A stretch of 60,688 nt of DNA, the filler included, from Asterionella formosa (lineage: Eukaryota): assembly GCA_002256025.1 (NCBI GenBank). It is 4 parts of 4 records of this genome, joined end to end, with 100 filler letters (N's around TTAATTAATTAA, not from the genome) between each part and the next. Parts side by side here need not be neighbours in the genome. Positions count along the whole stretch, not along the records: positions 1 to 15,110 come from NKIB01005586.1; positions 15,211 to 30,311 come from NKIB01005593.1; 2 more parts are not named here. One strand, given 5' to 3'. Shown here in pieces: positions 10,861 to 25,173 of the stretch. Positions within the stretch are counted from its first letter, which is position 1. Every line of letters begins with the position of its first letter. Made by a program: the position numbers and the translations under genes. The notes beneath the pieces were generated by a model. The model was not told the origin of the DNA, ran no database searches, and was given only the letters and a program-made list of their open reading frames with translations.

Positions 10861-13800
10861 CACGTCCTTTGTTCGCTAAATCTCCTTATTCATGCACATT
10901 GATTGTCTGATATATTTATTCCTGACACACATTTTCTTTCATTCCAAGAGCTTTTGTAGAAGCTTCAGATCTTCCTACCATTTCCATTAAAACATGGAAG
11001 TTACCTTGTGTAGACAAAAATCCAATGGTAAGTGGCTGGTAAGTTCATTTGCTCGGTACCATTCCGGCTTCATGACAACCCAAAATAAACTGTTTGTTGA
11101 TAGAAAAGTATTTTGCTTATATTACCTTCCTAATTTGTTATCTCACCATTGACTTGTCTTTATTGTAGTTGCTTCTTGCAGATACGAGATTAGAAGTCAT
11201 GCCCTGATAGGTGAAACAAGAGACTTTGAATTGGCTTGCTTGCCAAGCCGAAATTTTCCAAAGACACAACAATTAACGGTTTGCTCATGCATGAAATTGG
11301 TTGGTCAAGCATACTATCCTGGTCTAGAAATGCTTCACATTGATGTTTGATGGACAGAATTGTTTTCTATTAGATATCGTCTGCAAATAAAAACCATCAT
11401 ATTTCCATGATGCATCATAGGATTATGATCATCTGATCATAATTTTTCGTTATATCATCTAATAATTTTGATAAATGCCCTCGTAGTTTAAATAGTAACC
11501 CTTTTGACTATGGAGATTTATTTAATATATGTATTGTTTCTTTTAGGTTCCTTTATTTAAATTTCTTGGTAGGATAATGTGCCAGATAGAGTAATTTGGT
11601 TTGGTTCATCATCCTTGCCAGTCCTCACTCTGATTCTTGCAACAACGACAAACCAGCCTTGTTGAGAGGAACAAGTGTTTGTGATAAAATCTTCATTTGT
11701 CGTTCAAGTCATCATATGTCTTCGATGAATCATCATCTACATTGTACAGTATGTTTGTACTATGCAATCCGTTAAGAGAGCTTGAAAAAAAATCCAATGA
11801 AAACGAAATGGCTCATCACACAAGACGAATATTTCCGGCCGGTCTGTCACCAGAGCATCAATCAGTGTTACAACCTCAATCATAGCTAGTAAACAACATC
11901 CATTATAGAACAGCACAATCTAATTCTCCGTAACATCGTCTCTCTAACAAGAACGTAATACATCTAGAATTGAAACGCAGCATAGCAGGCGATATGCACA
12001 AAGAAGCATGAGACTGTCTATTTATAGTAACAGAGTGATTCTGGTTTCGTAATTTTCATGTCTCATTAGATTTTCTTTGTCATCGTACTAGTTCCTTACC
12101 TTTAAAGACAAGAGCGTATTCTTTGATGTATCTGGAATATTTCAATGGATGGCAGCAGTTGGTATTAGACACAAACCTCGACAAAAGCACTAGTACCTTG
12201 TAGATGTTCATGAAAAGCGAGACACTTTGCTTGGCCTATCGCCCACCAGCCAGTCTATACTGCAAAAATGCAAGAAGAAAGCACAAGTTGAATGCCCATT
12301 TATGGATTCAAGTTTCAGTAGTGCAACAATGTAAAATATTAGAAACCGGAAGTCACATTTCATCTAATTACGATTTTCATTAGCTATACTAGTATTGATT
12401 GAGAGGAAGCAATGGTAGAATGGCTGCCAAATGGGCAGGGGCAAACACAGAGAATCCTACTAATTTTTCTCCCCAATGATCCCAGACCCTTTTTGAACGT
12501 CACTTGCTACAGAAAATGTAGAACAGCCGCCATGATCTGTTGATTGTTGTTGTATGGTGCCACTGACCGAGACCTCCAGAAATCTGAATGAGTTGCTTGT
12601 TTCTTGACTTGAATGGTGCAAAAGGGATCGAAACCAGTGGAAAAATCAAAAGGGAACTAAAAATGCTCTGCAAACATCAGGACAATTGTGAAAGAGAAAT
12701 GAAGGTTCTTGGGAGGAGAAGTAAAGGGATAATTGCTTCTGGTCTTGCGGGAACAAGAATGTATTGAACCAAACAATGTTGACAAATAGATACCTATAGG
12801 AAAAGGAAGCATTGCTTTCGGCATCATCAATCTATACACAAGCCTGCGCCACCTGATGTCGTCAATGTAGCTACCTCGACTTCATCAATGAAGAAGTCAA
12901 TGGGTGGAGCACGTGAGGAAAATCGGGGTTGAGGTTTTCTTGAGGATGCTAACGTGGACCTGCTTGGTTGAACTCCTTCCAGATGAAGGCATTGAGTAAC
13001 CTGGGCCTGTGAAGCCAAAGGATAAAGAAAAAAGTGAGATAGTGTTTAGGAGGGAGGAGCAAAAGTTATCATAGCTGAATGCATTCGAAACTTGTACAGA
13101 CAATAGATGGTGGCATGCCATGGCTGCTCTTGGCTGACAGCTGCCAAGTCAATTTCAAACACAACGAGGGTGCACAAAAGCAAGACAGTCCAATTTTAAT
13201 CGACTGGCTGATACTTTGTTGTGAGACTCGCCATTCTGCAATGGGGTGGACTTTGATCATTGCTTCGTTCAAAGCACAATCAATTCGAATGCTGTCCAGT
13301 GAAACAGCCAACGAAAACAATTGTGGCGAAAAAGCGCAGAACAGATCAAGAGATTTCATAGGAATTAAAATAACAACAGCATGGCATATATGCTGATGCA
13401 CTGCTCCTTGTGTAGAATAGCTATATTTGATCATTTCCATATTTCATACTATACAGATGCATGGATGACTCCTCCCGCCCTTTCATTAGATATGCAGCCA
13501 TGTTGCGATAATTCTACAGGACCTATAGGATTGGTAGTAGTCTGTTGGTCATCATTTTCCGCATTGTATATACCAGTAGGAGGCATGTATGCATGCATGC
13601 TGCGATAATTCTTACAAGACATAAAAATTTGGTAGCTTGGGGGTTATCACTTCCGTACTGTATAAAGGGCAGGGGAGGGAAGGGGTTGCATGTATGAGCA
13701 ACTACTCCGGTATAAAATATGATCTTTAATCAATGAACTTAGATTCGTTTATCCTATAATTTTGATCATAACATATTGATCATATGATGAACGGTGTCGT

Positions 13801-15110
13801 TGATGAGAAAATGAACGATCAACATTTATTTTCAAGAATCAGGATTAATTGATCTTAAAAATATGATCAAATGATCCTAAACACATGAGCATATTCAGTT
13901 TTCCGCTGCACTATTGTGGTATTTCCATGATAGAAGTAATTACCAGCAATTTAACAGTACTACCGGTAGGCCATATGAATTTTGGTCAATATGTCTATAT
14001 ACATAAATGTATGATTTCGACCATTTGAAAAATTGGTGATGACATACACTTTGCTCCTGAATTGAAGGATTAACACAGATGATGACGCGGAAAACGAAAG
14101 TGATAATAAAGCACAATGATACTTGCGGCTTAGAAGAGAAGGGCGGAATCAATTGATGGTAAGAAGTCAAGAGCAGATGCCTTTCATGTTCCTTGTCATG
14201 CTGCATCCACTTCCTCAAATGAAGGATCTCAAGCAACACATGATGCGAAAAACTGAAGTGACAATACAGCACGATAAGAATGAGTGAATATGATGGAAAA
14301 GGGCGGCAAGCTGTGCATAGCATCACGGTTTGTCAAGAGCAAATGCCAAGATGATCAATTGCTGGGATTACAAATACGGAATGACTTGTCCCGCCCCTTT
14401 CAGTGATTCAATAGCTCCTTTTCGATTTGGTGGCTGGTCAACCATCAATGTGGACAAAAGAAATCGGCAAGTGCTGCCTATCAGCCATCTTTGGATCAAT
14501 CCACAACTGTTAGAAAAACTGACACATGTGTGTTGCTTCTTTCAGGATAATGGTAGACAAAAAGTATTTGTAAGTTCCAAAGAGCAGTGTTGGAGCCCAT
14601 TTATTGATCGATACTTTGCTTTTCATTCAATCTTTGACTGACACATTCTTCTACAAAAATATGCATCAGTTACTTCCTCAATTTGTGGTAAGTGAAGCAA
14701 GATAGAAGCGAAATGAATGTTGTTGTGTAAGCAAAACATGAACAGCTAACAAGAATGAATTGCTTCTCTTTGTTAGTATGTCTGATTGGAACAACGAAAC
14801 AGATTCAATAGTAATAAGAAAATGCGTGAATGAAGACTCAGATCCATCAGGAGTAAATGGAACAAAGCAGAGGAACAACGGCAAGGCAACCAGTACAACA
14901 ACCTTCAGAATTGGATTGGGTGGAAGGTGGAAGTGAAAGCGGCACCAACAATCATTGCGATGAGAGCATTGTAGAACATTCTGTAGCCACTTAAGATATG
15001 ATAGAATCATAGAACCATTCTTAGCTAAATATAGTTCTAAATTTCGATCAATTTCATCCTATTTTAGACAGTGATATCGATGAGAATTACGATCATGCTA
15101 AGATAGATGT

Positions 15111-15210
15111 NNNNNNNNNNNNNNNNNNNNNNNNNNNNNNNNNNNNNNNNNNNNTTAATTAATTAANNNNNNNNNNNNNNNNNNNNNNNNNNNNNNNNNN
15201 NNNNNNNNNN
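15111..15210. other. Assembly gap with artificial TTAATTAATTAA linker
   Basis: N44-TTAATTAATTAA-N44, the same structure as at 30312 and 45514. Confidence 0.97.
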
Positions 15211-16230
15211 ACAATGGAAACAGCACCAGGCGCAACCCCATCTTCAAGACTTTTGATTTTTGCTATTTCTATTGCTGAATTCGCAATGCTCTTTACGTAG
15301 TTGGCCCCCTTCGGTAAATCAGGATGAACCAATTGAGCCAAGGGTGCATCCTTACTCCGTGATACATGCCCAATCTTATTAGGGACACCTGCTATATTCC
15401 ATAGACCATTTGATGATGAAGAAGGCAGAGAATTGAACTTTAATAGGAAGGGATGGTGAATGGATCTTGGTAGGCGATATTCCCAAATTATCAGGCGATG
15501 TACCAGGCAACATCCTTGTATCCGGACTCATTCCTTCGAAATCAATTCCTGTTGAAATACCCTCAATTACATTCATATGAACTCCTTTACTCATCTTCTT
15601 TTGTTTGTTTTCTGTATGTAATGTATCACTTGCAAAAACAATTTATTTTTCGTACCAAGGAAAACTGCCTTGTTAATATGACCTTAACAAAATGTCATGT
15701 TTTAATCGATGTAATTGTCCATTGACACGCTTACTGGGTCGCTCGTTTCAATTTGTTTTTCAAGAAAGTCTCCAAATATCCACCAAAGAAATTAAGAGGA
15801 GATCCGAACTTCCTAATCAGATGAGGGTAATGTTTCACCATTTTGAGATATCATTTCCCGTTGGGGACCAATCATAATCTTAGTAATTCCACTGTAGTAG
15901 CAACAGTCCTGAACATATGGTGTTCTGTTGCTCGCTTACTACTCCAACTATATGCAAATATGATCATCTCAACAATAGCTACCAGACGTGCCATATTGAG
16001 AGTGCCTCTTTTTTTATAAATGTATGACACTTAATTTATTATATATTCCCAAATTTTATCACTATATACATGGCAAATATATTTGAAATGTTCTGTCATG
16101 TTAACAAACAATGCCTGCTTCATGAAAAGAAATATCATCTTGTTTTCAATAAACTATGATGATCTACTGTCCCACTGTAGTAGCAACAGTTCTGAACATA
16201 TGGTGGTCTGTTGCTCGCTTACTACTTTGA
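15211..16230 (-). pseudogene. Fragment of the Plavaka/CACTA-like element (transposase C-terminal part plus internal non-coding segment)
   Basis: 15211-15885 closely matches 47105-47750 in the same orientation (HYPHLIRKFGSPLNFFGGYLE). 15890-16130 is an inverted match to ~20620-20860. Confidence 0.8.
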
Positions 16231-17479
16231 CTACCCCCAGTATATCACTTCCTACCTAGAAGGAAATATTTTTCTGATTCTCGCTTGCTTTGTCGGCATT
16301 GTAGAACAAGTGTGGTCAGAAAGGAAAATGATCTGATGATCAAGTAGCGCTAAAATACAAGGCAAATGGTAGATATAACATGCTGTCGTTACCAGTGGCG
16401 TTGAGATGAAGAAACAGCATACTCACATAACGAGAAGATACAACAATTTTTATCTATATAGTATATATATATATATAATAGTCGACAATGATCATACTAT
16501 GTATACCATCATATAATGTTCTTCAACATGATGTACGTAATTGTTCATAAGTACTGGTACTACTACCTTGGTAGCAGTCGTTGTGAGCCGTTGTGAACAT
16601 GATATTTGCAGATTAAACCGTGCTTGTCTTGGAACATCATTTCATCTTGTAGAATGCAATACTGTAAATCATGGTAATATAATTAAAAATTATTATTATG
16701 GACAATTATGAAAACGATCACCATTTTACTTCAAATTTTGTTCAATTCAAAAAATCAATATGATGTCATGGAAAGTAATGAACTCATACAACATTGTATA
16801 AAATCGAATTGAGTATGCTTGTTAATATAGGTGATATTGTGATGTACACCACGTAAGAGGATGTTTGAAATATTCAAAGATTCAACTATAGAGTTCACAT
16901 TTGTTACAATATGAAATGAACAAATTGAAACTCACTTATAACGCGCTTTCTAAGACCACTGAGTTACACGTGGAATTTCATAGCACGGCCTGCCAACCAG
17001 TCCATGTGCTTCCCTAGTTTTGTTAGCGTAGGTGAGTCCCCAGCCATCTTTTGTGAAAGGTGATTGTCTTAACCGCAGCGTAAGGGGAAACTCCGACCGC
17101 CTTGGAAGGCGGCACACTGCTTGTGGGCGGCAACCCTCTTTTCCTTGCACACCAGGAAAGACTGCACGGGACATTGCTGAAGAAAAGTTTGGGAGGAGTT
17201 GAACCCAACAAAAGATACCATAAGGTCCTATTGAAGAAAGAGGAGGAAAGAGAGAAGGCATCCTTTTCCATTAAATCAGATGAATTTTCAACAAGTAGTA
17301 CTTGGTTCAGAAGAAGGCCAAGTTCATTTACAGAGTTACGCCAGTGGTTTACTGAAGGGAAACATTCAGATTTTTAAACCTAATCTACCCAGACCTCAAA
17401 TATTAGAAGCCAATCAACCTGCCTATGTTTCAGTGATTGATTGGCGCATTGCAGATTTTCTTGCACATTAAATGGAACT

Positions 17480-17900
17480 TGATACTTGTGATGTTGGCTT
17501 TCAAGATCATCAGCCAAAACAATCCTGTTTTTCATAATATTCACACTCAACGACGCAGGTAGATTCATGAGAAGGGACAACATATTGCTGTCTCATTGAA
17601 TGCAGCAAATGATAATCACCCACTTATTTTTTTGTTTAATGAATGGTCAGATGGTGATTTTGAACCAAGTTATTCCAACAAAGCCAATCGAGGGTCAACA
17701 TGAATAAAGACGATCACCATTGCACCACTACCCAAAAAATTCATTCTGTGGACTATACATACCCAATTGCAGTTGGGAGGTCATCCTCTTCCCATGAAGA
17801 AATAGCAAAACTCTTTGCTGCAGATTTGAAGATCTTGGATAAGAACTTAGATGGTAAATTGTTCCATCATCATGGAATTTTTGGTACATCATCCTATGGG
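17480..17900 (+). pseudogene. Degenerate DNA-transposase-like fragment (family uncertain)
   Basis: Frame-broken translation EWSDGDFEPSYSNKANRGST*IKTITI...TYPIAVG resembles WSDDFEP..K.NRGSVW-type transposase-like ORFs recalled from diatoms. Not confirmed. Confidence 0.4.
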
Positions 17901-19359
17901 GAAACTCGAATACAGGGGGAACAAAACGGAAACACTTCATATATAACTTGAATATGCGTAGTAAAAGTTGTTTCTATTTAATTTATGACGGCAATTATGA
18001 CACAAATTAAATAATATATTGAATAAATATGATCAGGTGATCCTCATTCGAATAATATGGTTTCTTTTTGCAGACAAATATTTCTGCAGATGGAGCCGTC
18101 ATGGTTACTGGGTAAATGCAATGGTGTATGAGGTCGTGAAGGTCTGCCTGGGCTTTATTGTTTTTGTTTTGAACCTTAAAGATACCACTGTCAGTCATTT
18201 CAATAAGTTTGTGTTGGATAATATCAAAGTGAAACATCCACTGTTGATGTGATGGATAATTTAACAATTTCCCGGCTGTGTACGCACTTGACCTGTAAAC
18301 AGATTGCAGACTGTGAGGCCCAGAGTTTCCGCCACATTGGTGCTGCCCACCCATGCTATCTGGGAAGGATTCTGTTGTTATGGCCATTGAAATTGGCTGA
18401 CTTGGTCAACATGATTTTTACTATTGATAATATTAGCTAGTACCTACCATTCTAATTTCACTTATATAGATCTGCTGTTATTTCTGGGTGCAGTTGACCT
18501 TTTCTTTCCATACTGGTGCGTGTTGTTTTCTGGCCTTGAATAGCTTTGCGCAAAATGTCTCCGACTTTTGCGACATAACCATCTCCACATCGTCAAGCTT
18601 TTATAGGGCGCAAATGCTTGCAATTTCCTCATTTTTCTATAATTTGATCGCTTCCTTTGGTGGCCTTGCGTTGTTGCAAAATGTCGCAACGAAAATAATT
18701 CTGGCGGTTTTCTGGTATGGTTACAACCAGACCAGAGCAATTGCTTTTTTGCCATAGTAACGATGACGCCTTTTTTTCCGAAGATTCCCCAGAGGAATTC
18801 CGGAATCCTGTGTAACTTGACTACCAGAGGAATCCTTGCCGCATTGTTTATGTACTAGACTAGTACTTATTACTTTTGCTCTTTTAATTCGCGAAAAAGT
18901 GTGATAATATTACCTAGCACTTAGGAACATGTTCCATCAAAAGACATGGAGAAAGATTCAGCATGCATTGAGTCAATTAAATGCATATTTTGGCGGTATT
19001 TTGAGCTGTGGGTGAGTCCATACGTCCATGAGAGTTTGTCGAGTTAACTATGGGGGCCTAACTTCCAGCTCTGTCTCCCAGCGTGCTTCCCCCGCCATCC
19101 CTATGCCAAGCTTGAATCGAGATGTGTACTGCCTTGATACATAATAATTTCTGTAATACTGTGTGATGCCTTGTATGCCGTATGTGCCAAGGTAATGGTT
19201 ATATCATCATACAAATAAGTGACCAAGCAAGATACCTACCTCAGTTGTCAGGATTTTGGTTTGTTCTTCATTGGTTTCTCCATACATACAAAAAAAGTTT
19301 AGCCGTGTTCCAACATTTGACTCCGAACTGCCACATTATTAACACCATTTCGCTACGCC

Positions 19360-22300
19360 ATCATCTGCAAATTAAAAAAATCATGCATAGAGGATCAAGG
19401 GTATCATACGCTAAGTGGCACAGGATTTTCGTATCTATGATAATTTTTTGATCAAAACTATGATCAAGGTATCCTATAACTATGACGATTTATTATTATT
19501 TTGCGGACCTTGAAGTATTATGATAATTAGAATCAACATTATCATCACACAATGTATATCAACTGATCAACAACATTTCTCATCAATATCAAAAACCCTT
19601 CTCATATTATTTTCAATTCTCGTGATTGCCAAATGGAAATTATTACTACATCGCATCCTTAAATCAGCTCAACTCTATGCTATCATGTGAATTGTTTCAT
19701 CATTTATCTATCTTGAACATGATCATAATTCTAATCACAAGTATCGTTCAAAATAGATTGAAATGCATCGTAATTAAACTGTCGAATTTAGCAATGCTAT
19801 CTATGATTCTACAGGCCAGCAACCCAACGTTTCTCTCTCTACTTGGCTCAATGTATATTGTTCCTGTCTCGCCCTTTTCTTCCTCTATTCTGAATCTTGT
19901 GCCAAGCAGTGCCTTACTAATGTTGCGTCTCTCTCCCTGCTGTTAGTGTCATTCTGAACTCGCCGACTATTCCGTTGTTTGATCAGTTTTATTTTCCTAT
20001 GAAATTACAGTAACAATGAGAAAGAACGACTTGCTTGTTAGTTAGTCATGTTACACTGACACAACATCACGCCATTCCATCGTATCCTCTTGCTTGCTTC
20101 ACTTACAACAAATCAAAGCAATTGATGCATAAAGTCTGTAATAGTAAATTGTCAGTAAATTCTTGAATAAGTAAGTTTCAGGTATCCAATGTTGTCGATT
20201 AAAACTTACCGATTCATTTTCTTTAGCTAACTTTGAGAGAAGGTAAACGTGGCGTGTCCGTCAGTTATATTCCAAAAGAAGTGAATAGGTCCAACAACAA
20301 GAGCACTTACCAATTTTAAGGTAAACGTTTTGTTAGTTTTGTTCCAACAGAAGTGAATGGGTCCAACGAGCGACAAGATCACTTACGAAATTTAGTTTTG
20401 TTTTACATTAGTGCTCCCCAACAAGCGAAATGAGCTATTGAATCTAATGAGAAAAAAGGAAACGTACATTTAGTTTACAATTTGTAGTTCTTGTCCTGCC
20501 TCCCAATGATTATCATCCAAGTACCACATTGATGGCTTCATTACCTTAAACATACTCCATCCTTCGAAGGCGCAGTGAGTCAAAGCCACAATGTTTTTCG
20601 TTATTGCGAAAACTTTCCTTGCCATAAGCAGTCATTGTTTGTTAACATGACAGAACATTTCAAATATATTTGCCATGTATATAGTGATAAAATTTGGAAA
20701 TATATAATATATCAAGTGTCATACATTTGTAAAAAATCAAAGGCACTCTCAATATGGCACGTCTGGTAGCTATTGTTGAGATGATCATATTTGCATATAG
20801 TTGGACTAGTAAGCTAGCAAAAGAACACCATATGTTCAGGACTGTTGCTACTACAGTGGGACAGTAAATCATCATAGTTTCAGGGTCATATAATCGTACA
20901 ATTGAAAACAACATAAGATCAGTTTCTGTTGAAATACCCTCAGTTACATTCATATGTACTACTTTACTCATCTTCTTTTGTTTGTTTTCTGTATTTAATG
21001 TATCACTTGCAAAAACAATTTTTCGTGCCAATGCAAACTGCCTTGTTTCATATGACCTTGTTAAAATGTCATGCTTTATCGATGTAATTGTTCATTGACA
21101 CGCTTACTGGGTCGTTTTAATTTGTCTTTCATAAATGACTCCAAATATCCACCAAAGAAATGAAGAGGAGATCCGAACTTCCTAATCAGATTAGGGTAAT
21201 ATTTCATTTCATGAAATTTTGCCATTCGTAAGCCAATTTGAGATATCATTTCCCGCTGGGGACCAATCATAATCTTAGTAACGGACATAAATATCTTAAC
21301 CCTTTCCTCTAAAATATCAATACATGTTGATGTATACTGCGGTATGAATAAAGTTTCATTGATAGAAATACATAACCATAAATCCTTTTCTAGGTGCATT
21401 TTCTCTGAACCCATCATTCCACCCAATGAAAAAATAGTAAACAGACATAATCCGGAGCTTTTTGCCCTGATATTTTTGATAAAGCTGTCATCCCAGATCT
21501 GTATGATAATTTTGGAATATCACGATCGCTTTGCCTCTCCAATCGTATAATTGAAAACAAGATATGCTATATGATAATGTAAATAGCACTGTTGGTTTTC
21601 TGGTATCAGATCTAGACAGCGTAAAATATTATATGAAGTGGCTGATGATTCATTTCATTGTAGCTAGCAACACCTGATTTTAAGATCATCAAGTTAAACA
21701 AGACAACGACAACAGTTATCTAGTAGTAAAATGTCTTCAAAAAGCCATTAAGAGGTTCATGGAAACAAGCGACATGTGGCAAATACTGCCGGTATGGAAC
21801 AAAGAAGCAAGTGCCAAAAATAGTTCACAAAAAAAAGCGAATCAGCGATTATCCAAAGGAACCCAATCGGCGACAGGGAGTTAGTGGGGGTACTAACTCA
21901 TCGTCGATGGGGACGCCATCAGCTACTAGTACAGAGGATCCCGTAATAGATACTGAAATCGATGATGACGTTTGAAAGGAATTTTAGGTAAGTTCTTGCA
22001 GGGAGATGCTCCGAAAGCATGATGTTGCTTTTGAGTCGGTTATTATAATCTTATCAAAAATGTTTCAATTTAAAAATGCTAACATAATTCATGACACACC
22101 AGCTGGTCTAACAGAATATAACTTCCAGACTATGGATATTGATGACTTTATTAGGTGGGCATTCACGCTTTATCGTTTTGCGCAGTCAAAGGTCATTGAC
22201 AGGCAGGGAAAGCCAAGCAAGGATACCAAGTCTGGCGTAATGTTCTTGCTCCAGTGTATTTTATAGGCAGGACAAGCCGTAGAGAACCATTTTTAACAGG

Positions 22301-23010
22301 AGACAAATCTGGTGTGACCAAGCCAAATTTCAACTAAGTCTTCGGGCAAAGTGTGAATTGCAATCACGTTTTGTTGGTTCGCTGATCAATGCCAATACAG
22401 AAGCATTTTGCTTCTTGGTGCTGAAAGGAAAATTCCGATTGCAACAAAACATTTGGGTTTCAATCCAGATACGCATGAAAATTCAGAGAACAATATTCGT
22501 CATTCTACTGATTTTGTCGATATTGGTGCTAGTAAACCACTTATCAAAAAATTGTGAGGGAAGAAAGTTCAGTTTCAAATGGGGTAACTGATCAATGGAC
22601 TGATGATTTACTTGTTTATCATAAGGAAATCTACACTGGACTTTCACAAAAGAATCAATTTGAATATGAAAGGAATCCTAGTGCTACTTCCACCACAAAT
22701 ACCATGTACCCACACTCATACTTCTCATTTCCCAACGTCATTGAAAAGGATGTGCATCAATATGCATGTTGAACCACTTCAACCAAATGTTCCTGAGAAG
22801 AATATTGATTACAATGACCGCATTAATCAATGGGACATTGATGACAACATTGATTTTGAATGGGTCTAATAGAATCCAATGCATACTTAGTAGTTACATA
22901 AAAATATAGTTAGTGTGAGACTTCTACAATGCAAACCATATCATAGATGTTAGGAAAACATTGACGCTGCTCTATACTACTATTAGTGCCGCCTGTATGA
23001 CTATATGTAG
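19360..23010. mobile_element. Rearranged second copy of the large Plavaka/CACTA-like element
   Basis: 19360-20760 is an inverted diverged match to ~52480-53820. 21750-23010 is an inverted match to ~50220-52200 with deletions. 20920-21540 is a direct match to ~47380-48035. Confidence 0.8.
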
Positions 23011-23105
23011 CGGTATACCTCCATTTTTACTACAATGGTGGAGTGATAATTTCATGACTCTGTACTGTGCATGATATGTTATAAACACTTTACCAGCACT
23101 TGAGA

Positions 23106-23370
23106 CCAATACAGGGTCAACCTTGAATTGCAAAATGTTGTAACCTTGTATTGGAACTTATGACCTTGTATTGGCATGAGACGTAGTACCGCCAAAACCC
23201 AATACAGGGGCAACCTTGAATTGGAAAATATTGTCACCTTGTATTGAAACTCATGACATTGTATTGGGACATGATTTAGTACAGCCAAAACCCAATACAG
23301 GGGCGACCTTGAATTGCAAAATATTGCCACCTTGAATTGGAAAACAACGTTGTGACGGCCAATACAAGGT
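23106..23370. repeat. 93-bp tandem repeat (~2.5 units) built from CCAATACA(G/A)GG and CCTTG(T/A)ATTG motifs; likely transposon subterminal array
   Basis: CCAATACAGGG starts at 23106, 23199 and 23292 (period 93). The motif occurs in both orientations within each unit. Confidence 0.8.
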
Positions 23371-24695
23371 ATGATGCTTGACTTTGGAGGATGAAAACCG
23401 GTCGAAAACGTACCAAAAATTGCCAAGACAGGGTACTTTCGTTTCCTATGTAGCCAATGACCGTGAGGAGGTATCACTTGCCTTGTGGTTTGCATCTAGG
23501 AAAAACCGGAAATTTCCTGGACCACCTGTGTTTTGGCAGTGATTGTCACGGGGACTAAACTTGTTGGACGGCGAAATTCTACTGCGTAAGTGCTAGAGAA
23601 AGTCCTGACCATTTGAGCATGTAGAAATTTCTTGTATAAACCGCTCTCAGTGCACCACTCTACTATCAAGCGTGAGTGCCCTGTATTCACTACGTATTTC
23701 ATAGCTGATTTATTGGAGATGTTAGCGACCCATGTTTCCATGCTGATGTATTGGAGATGTTAGCCATGGGCCCAAAGGTGTCCATATTGTTCTGGGTGAT
23801 ATGGAACATGGGTACGCTGTCTTGCCTTTTTCCAGACTCTCCAAAACACTGGGGATGAACGAGGTTGATATGGTCAATTGTATTGACTGTGCCTATCAGA
23901 GTGTCATTGTCCTTTCAAAATATTTGGCATTATGTTTTTTTCCCTGCTGTCCGCCATATCTGCAACTGTAATCACCCTAAAAACCCGCAAGAGAATATTG
24001 TTTGTGAAAGAATGCGTCAAAATGTGAATAATATTTTAGGAACCTTGAGTTATACTAAAAACATATTACACTTGACACAGACAGTGGTGGTGTATGGCTG
24101 GTGTACTATGGACTCCTGCAGTGAGGAGAAGAACAGGAGATTTGCTTATCAGGAGTATTTACTTTCATTGCGACATGTTCATGGATTTTTGATTGATTAT
24201 AATTTACATCAAGATAATTTGAAGCAACGAAATTTAGATTATGAAGTAGGAATGAAAGTCCCGGAACTCACACAGCGCTCATCCAACCAAGTTGTGACAA
24301 TTAACTTGTGGACCATTTATGATTGAACAAGTGCGGCATTGCAGTGGGACAATTAAAATCGCAGAAACGCTAATGTGGTAGATTGGATTAATATCCATCA
24401 TGTCTGGCTGTTTAAATAAGCTGCAGACAATCAGGAACAGGTGTAAGTGTGAACCTCCATGAAGGTTGCCTACTATGGGAAACCAACACAGCTTGGTTTG
24501 TTCAACAAACTGTTCTAGGCCCAAAATATGATTCTATTCACAAAAGAATGGAAAGATTTTCTAATTATTCTAGCCTCTTTTTCCAATCACCTTGGTAGGG
24601 AAGAGCAAGAGGCTAGTGACTATTATGGTGACTGACTTGACTAATTATTTTAGGAGTTTGGAACTCAAGGCTTTTACCTCTATAACGGGCTTTTT

Positions 24696-24866
24696 ATTGA
24701 GGCTTTGCAATTAGGCTTTGCAATTAGGCTTCGCAATTAGGCTTCGCAATTAGGCTTCGCAATTAGGCTTCTCATTGAGGCTTCGCAATTAGGCTTCTCA
24801 TTGAGGCTTTTCATTGAGGCTTCTCATTGAGGCTTCTCATTGAGGCTTCTCATTGAGGCTTCTCAT
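24696..24866. repeat. 13-bp minisatellite (~13 units) with two unit variants
   Basis: Units GCAATTAGGCTT(T/C) give way to TCATTGAGGCTTC along the array. Confidence 0.93.
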
Positions 24867-25173
24867 GATGTTCACCTATTGAGGCTTTTCGTATTGCTGT
24901 TAAACTCTGGGTTTACAGGTTATTTCTATTTTCTTTATCATTTGCTTCTGTTTTATAATTAATTGTAGACTGTTCTGTATGAATCGTGCAGTATCATTGT
25001 CTGCCCTTTTTGATTGGTACAATCATGACAAAAAGTGCAAGACCGAAGTTGTTCCCTGTCGCGCTAACAGCTATGCATGAATTGTATAAGACCTTTGTCG
25101 ATAAAACGCAATTGTGCTTGTTGGACATGATCGTCATAAAAAGTGCGGTTGCACGAAGTAAAATATCAACAGG

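Noticed and set aside
11400..15100. Several 60-130 aa ORFs with coding-like composition
   Set aside because: Fragmented, with no motif I can assign. Probably old TE relics.
15155..15166. TTAATTAATTAA palindrome inside N-runs (also ~30356 and ~45558)
   Set aside because: Identical all-frame-stop scaffolding linker; an assembly artefact.
24696..24866. Possible CRISPR array
   Set aside because: Contiguous 13-bp units with no unique spacers, no cas genes, and a eukaryotic context.
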